This document shows, one piece after another, positions 16,931 through 20,000 of a DNA stretch of 20,000 bases. The position numbers and the translations under genes are program-made. Source of the stretch: an uncultured virus (IMG/VR IMGVR_UViG_3300028840_005337) (Duplodnaviria; Heunggongvirae; Uroviricota; Caudoviricetes); IMG/VR virus record IMGVR_UViG_3300028840_005337, positions 113,610-133,609 of that record; one strand, given 5' to 3'. Position 1 is the first letter of the stretch. Each line of letters starts with the position of its first letter. Under the pieces are notes generated by a model, which saw only the letters and a program-made list of their open reading frames with translations, had not been told where the DNA came from and made no database searches.

Positions 16931-17941
16931 GTGGCTGTGAAGTACAAGACAGAGGCTATCGAGCTTGGCTTGAAGGCCTCACGGCAGCTGCTACTGAACA
17001 CGGATGAATCCACCTGGAAGGAGGACGATCCGCAGATCAAACTGGGAAACGATGCGCTGGCTGCCAGCGCACAATTCGTTCCCGCGGCACGTTTGCAGAT
17101 GATGCTGGACGGACCGCCCACGCTCGAAACGGCCGAGCTGGTGACGAATCCGACAGTCAAGCTGGAACGCATGGGCGCGGCGATCCACTTCCTGCACAGC
17201 GCCCGCGATCGTTTCCTCGAAGGTGTCGTGCGTGCCACCCACTTCATGGTGGGCAAGATGCAGGCCGCGGTGCAGCCGTTGAACTTCGGCGAAACCATGG
17301 ACTGGATCGAAGAGAACGTCAGCTTCACGGAGCCCACCACCAACATCCTCGGGCAGATGGAGCAGTTGATCTATCTCGCTGCCAGCTCCAGCGGCAACGA
17401 CAAGGCTGCCTGCGAAGCCATCTGCGCCGATTTCGTCGACAGCGTCTGGGCGCGTGCCATCCCCTACGAAGAGGAGATCTGGGGACTCTTCCTGGAGAAG
17501 AAGGACGCGTGGCTCGCAGAGGACAAGGCGAAAGAGGAGGCAGAAGGTGGCGGCTCCGGCGGTGCCCTCGGCGCGCTCATGCAGATGCTCGGTGGTGGCG
17601 GTGACGGTGGTGGCCCTGTGGCCATCAACATGGCGGATGTGGCCCGTATGGCCGGGGTGGAGTGTGACTGCCCCGAGTGCACGGCCGAACGCGCAGCAGC
17701 GGCTGGCGAGACGACCGAAGCCATGTCCGTCGAGGATGCCCAAAAGGTGGTCAACGAGGCCCGGGGCGACCTCAAGCTCGATCCGATCGAAGACTTTGAC
17801 AAATGGGAGATGCGCGCGGACGACGGTTCCACCTACCCGCTCATCGACCAGGTCGTTATCAACCGGATGACGAAACTCCAGATTTCCATGATGATGGATA
17901 ACGGCCTCATCCGCCGTAGAAAGGAACCCGCGGAAGCGTGA
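16931..17941 (+). CDS. hypothetical protein (336 aa) with Gly-rich linker and CDCPEC motif
   Basis: AAGGAGG RBS 5 nt before GTG 16931. The longer ORF-track start would cross the terminator. Confidence 0.8.
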   Translation: MAVKYKTEAIELGLKASRQLLLNTDESTWKEDDPQIKLGNDALAASAQFVPAARLQMMLDGPPTLETAELVTNPTVKLERMGAAIHFLHSARDRFLEGVVRATHFMVGKMQAAVQPLNFGETMDWIEENVSFTEPTTNILGQMEQLIYLAASSSGNDKAACEAICADFVDSVWARAIPYEEEIWGLFLEKKDAWLAEDKAKEEAEGGGSGGALGALMQMLGGGGDGGGPVAINMADVARMAGVECDCPECTAERAAAAGETTEAMSVEDAQKVVNEARGDLKLDPIEDFDKWEMRADDGSTYPLIDQVVINRMTKLQISMMMDNGLIRRRKEPAEA

Positions 17942-18273
17942 GCACCGGAACCATTCCCCTTGACATCCTGAACGCACGTCAGTGTGAACGTATAAGACTC
18001 GTGCCGCGGCAGCACGGGTTGGAGCTGCAGTTGCAAAATCCCAACGGTCTTGCCCCTACCGACGAATATGACCCAGCCAAGCTGGCTATTTTCGAAACAC
18101 CCGAAACCAAGATTTGCAACGACCAGCTTATTGCGTCTGTCCGCGTTGAGAAGACTGAGAGCGGCTACCAGTTCTATTCGACACTGCCGCACGGCGCACG
18201 CATCTGTGCAGCCATCACAGCACTCAACACTATTCTCGACAGCCACGGCAGCCTCCCAGTGAGACTGCTTTAG
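17938..18273 (+). CDS. hypothetical protein (111 aa)
   Basis: GTGA start/stop overlap with the previous gene. Confidence 0.65.
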   Translation: MSTGTIPLDILNARQCERIRLVPRQHGLELQLQNPNGLAPTDEYDPAKLAIFETPETKICNDQLIASVRVEKTESGYQFYSTLPHGARICAAITALNTILDSHGSLPVRLL

Positions 18274-18314
18274 CGTTGAAAGGAAATAGCCGTCAAATAA
18301 GGCCCCAAAAGTGC

Positions 18315-18349
18315 TTAAAAACAGCGCTTTTTTGGGCATAGTAAAGTAG
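18315..18349 (+). promoter_or_regulatory. copy 2 of the repeated promoter-like motif, upstream of the structured region
   Basis: TTAAAAAC-11 nt-GGGCATAGTAAAGTAG. Confidence 0.65.
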
Positions 18350-19350
18350 AGCGCGCACGTCATTGAAATGGCGTGAGCGACACGCATTGCAGCGGGGCTC
18401 TGGTTTGGTTCATCCCGTAAGGAGTTGCGGGATGTGCCTCAACTCTGCATGGCCGGCAACCTAGTGAGCCGGTCAGCTTGCCAGCGTCCGCGTGCCGCGC
18501 AGCACGTGGGTACTGGCCGCGCCAGAGCCTACGTTGCAATGCGTGTCGCGTTCGCACTCTTAGACCGGAGAGAGGTGCCCTCTCCGGTTGAAGCCTCTGC
18601 AGAAATGTGGAGGTGTCGGCGGCCCTGCTATGGTCTAGTCCACCGGATACCCAAACGGACTCGGGGCCATCGCTCGTAAGCCTGGTGGTAGGGGTTATCG
18701 TCCGTTCCCCGAGGCCAAAATGGACGAAGGGACTTCTACGCACGCCGGGACCACCTCCCCACCGCGTAGACTCCCGGCCAATGCCGCGTCGTCGGAGCGC
18801 GGGTGGCCGAAGAAGCGTCAGAGGTGGCAGGCCCATGGCCGTGACGGTTTCCGATCCGTCACGGCGCAAGGGCCATCCCCCCGAGGTCGACGGGGGCGCT
18901 GGGAGATGGCACATTCCCCAGCATGCGGTAGGCGTAAAGCGTACGGGGTGTGAGCCCGACGCGAGGAAGCCTTGTACCGTACGTGCCAGCAGCGCAGATG
19001 TGGTCCCGCCCATCTGACGTGTGCTACCGGCCGCTCCATATAGCAGGCCAACAAACGACCACGGGAAAACTCACGTGCAGGCGACGTGCACGTGGACCGT
19101 CATCCGGCGGTATAAAATAGTGACGGGCCAATGAGCTCCGAGTACCGACTCGGTTATCAAAGCGGAGAGCGGGCAGGCCCGCAAACCATGATTGACCCCG
19201 GCCCGGTCACTATCGGATTGGCTTGATCAGCCAACGATTGTTATGGACGCACCATCCCATAAACGTGCGTATCGAACAATCGGATCGATCACCTTGGGCC
19301 CTGTACGCTGAGGCGTGCAGGGCACCAGACCAGAGCATAGACATTTTTTT
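18350..19350 (+). ncRNA. candidate large (~1 kb) structured non-coding RNA
   Basis: No credible ORF. About 20 helices are visible by eye, including an 18+9 bp stem (18377-18403/18522-18549), long-range pairs and crossing pairs. Promoter-like motif upstream; hairpin 19298-19323 and T7 (19344-19350) downstream. Confidence 0.7.
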
Positions 19351-19361
19351 AGCCTTCAGAA

Positions 19362-19379
19362 CTTATTCACGTGAATAAG
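19362..19379. promoter_or_regulatory. perfect 18-bp palindrome (operator-like)
   Basis: CTTATTCACGTGAATAAG is its own reverse complement. Confidence 0.45.
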
Positions 19380-19381
19380 AT

Positions 19382-19702
19382 CTACACAGGCGGAGGAGGA
19401 TCGGGGGATTGCTGGACGATACCAGCGGCGGCCACGCCCTCCAGATCGATCAGGCCGAAGATCGGCTGCGTCCCGCCGAGCAGCGCCCTGGCGGCAATGC
19501 ACGAGCTGCCATAGCCATGCATCTCGGCCTTCCACGGTTTGCCATCTTTGAACACTGGCAGGATCACGTTCACGACGAGCCCGCGGTGGTAGCAAACGCA
19601 AATGGTGACGGTGAAGTTCTCTTGGCCCTCGCGGCCTTCCGACTGCTTGACGGCGATTTCGAGGGCGTCGTTGATGTGCTTGAGGACATCTTCGGGTTTC
19701 AT
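19382..19702 (-). CDS. hypothetical protein (106 aa)
   Basis: AAGGAG RBS on the minus strand before ATG 19702; MKPEDVLKHINDALEIAVKQSEG...; protein-like composition. Confidence 0.7.
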   Translation of the reverse strand: MKPEDVLKHINDALEIAVKQSEGREGQENFTVTICVCYHRGLVVNVILPVFKDGKPWKAEMHGYGSSCIAARALLGGTQPIFGLIDLEGVAAAGIVQQSPDPPPPV

Positions 19703-19765
19703 GACTCGGCTCCTTGGGTTTCGAATCATCCCAGTATGCCAGGATTTCGGGCCCTCTGCAACAGG

Positions 19766-19800
19766 TTAAAAACAGCGTTTTTTTGGGCATAGTAAGTTAG
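19766..19800 (+). promoter_or_regulatory. copy 3 of the repeated promoter-like motif
   Basis: TTAAAAAC-11 nt-GGGCATAGTAAGTTAG; 32/35 identical to copy 2. Confidence 0.65.
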
Positions 19801-19871
19801 GGCGCCACTGGCATCAAACAAATCCACCCGATCCCGGCGCCTGGGTGGTTATTCTTGAAGGGAGAATACCG

Positions 19872-20000
19872 ATGAGAAACTACATGTCGAGCGTGGCCGC
19901 TTACTGTGTTATCATCTGCGCGATCTGCTGCACCGGGTGCAGCAAGTTCAGTCGCGTGCAACCCGCCGCCGCCGAGACTGGCTTCGAAGAGAAGCCGGAC
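19872..20000 (+). CDS. putative lipoprotein or secreted protein (3' end outside the window)
   Basis: GGGAG RBS and ATG 19872; MRNYMSSVAAYCVIICAICCTGCSKF... has a hydrophobic stretch ending in a lipobox-like TGC. Confidence 0.6.
   Translation, partial: MRNYMSSVAAYCVIICAICCTGCSKFSRVQPAAAETGFEEKPD

Noticed and set aside
627..17977. Long minus-strand ORFs such as 627..1424, 7425..8669, 8691..9734, 9828..10985 and 16991..17977
   Set aside because: They are antisense shadows of well-supported + strand genes, expected from GC-rich codon usage.
18952..18987. Resemblance to group II intron domain V (GAGCCCGACGCGAGGAAGCCTTGTACCGTACG)
   Set aside because: The GAGCCC segment has no matching 3' partner to close a domain V helix, and no interrupted host gene or reverse transcriptase is visible.
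18360..19054. ORFs 18607..19017 (+), 18360..19013 (-) and other short ORFs in the structured region
   Set aside because: Arg/Pro/Gly-rich translations typical of GC-rich non-coding frames, unlike the real genes here; the base-pairing pattern explains the sequence better.
18350..19350. RNase P RNA or tmRNA identity for the structured region
   Set aside because: The RNase P GAGGAAAGTCC signature and a tmRNA-type tRNA-like terminus were not found by eye, and the region is much longer than either RNA. A covariance-model search is still needed.
1..20000. CRISPR array, integrase, transposase or att site
   Set aside because: No regularly spaced repeats, recombinase or transposase motifs, or duplicated tRNA 3' end were seen in this window.

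Overview
GC-rich, densely coding window, almost all on the + strand, most consistent with part of a large tailed bacteriophage (or prophage) genome. Recognisable genes are a DEDDh/DnaQ-like 3'-5' exonuclease, a RuvC-like resolvase, a probable portal protein with a zinc-ribbon insert, an antisense endonuclease VII-type HNH nuclease, a GT-B/GT4-like glycosyltransferase and a SEC-C motif protein, among about 25 hypothetical proteins. The most striking elements are non-coding. (1) A ~1 kb interval (18350-19350) has no credible ORF, is almost fully tiled by hairpins, long-range helices and pseudoknot-type pairings, and lies between a repeated promoter-like motif and a hairpin plus T-run: a candidate large structured ncRNA. 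(2) A tRNA-like gene (2815-2920) combines a CAT anticodon and initiator-type anticodon stem with a ~37-nt variable arm and a possible 8-bp acceptor stem. (3) A bipartite motif TTAAAAAC-N11-GGGCATWNTAA occurs three times with identical spacing. All calls are from reading the sequence by eye; no searches or folding programs were run.
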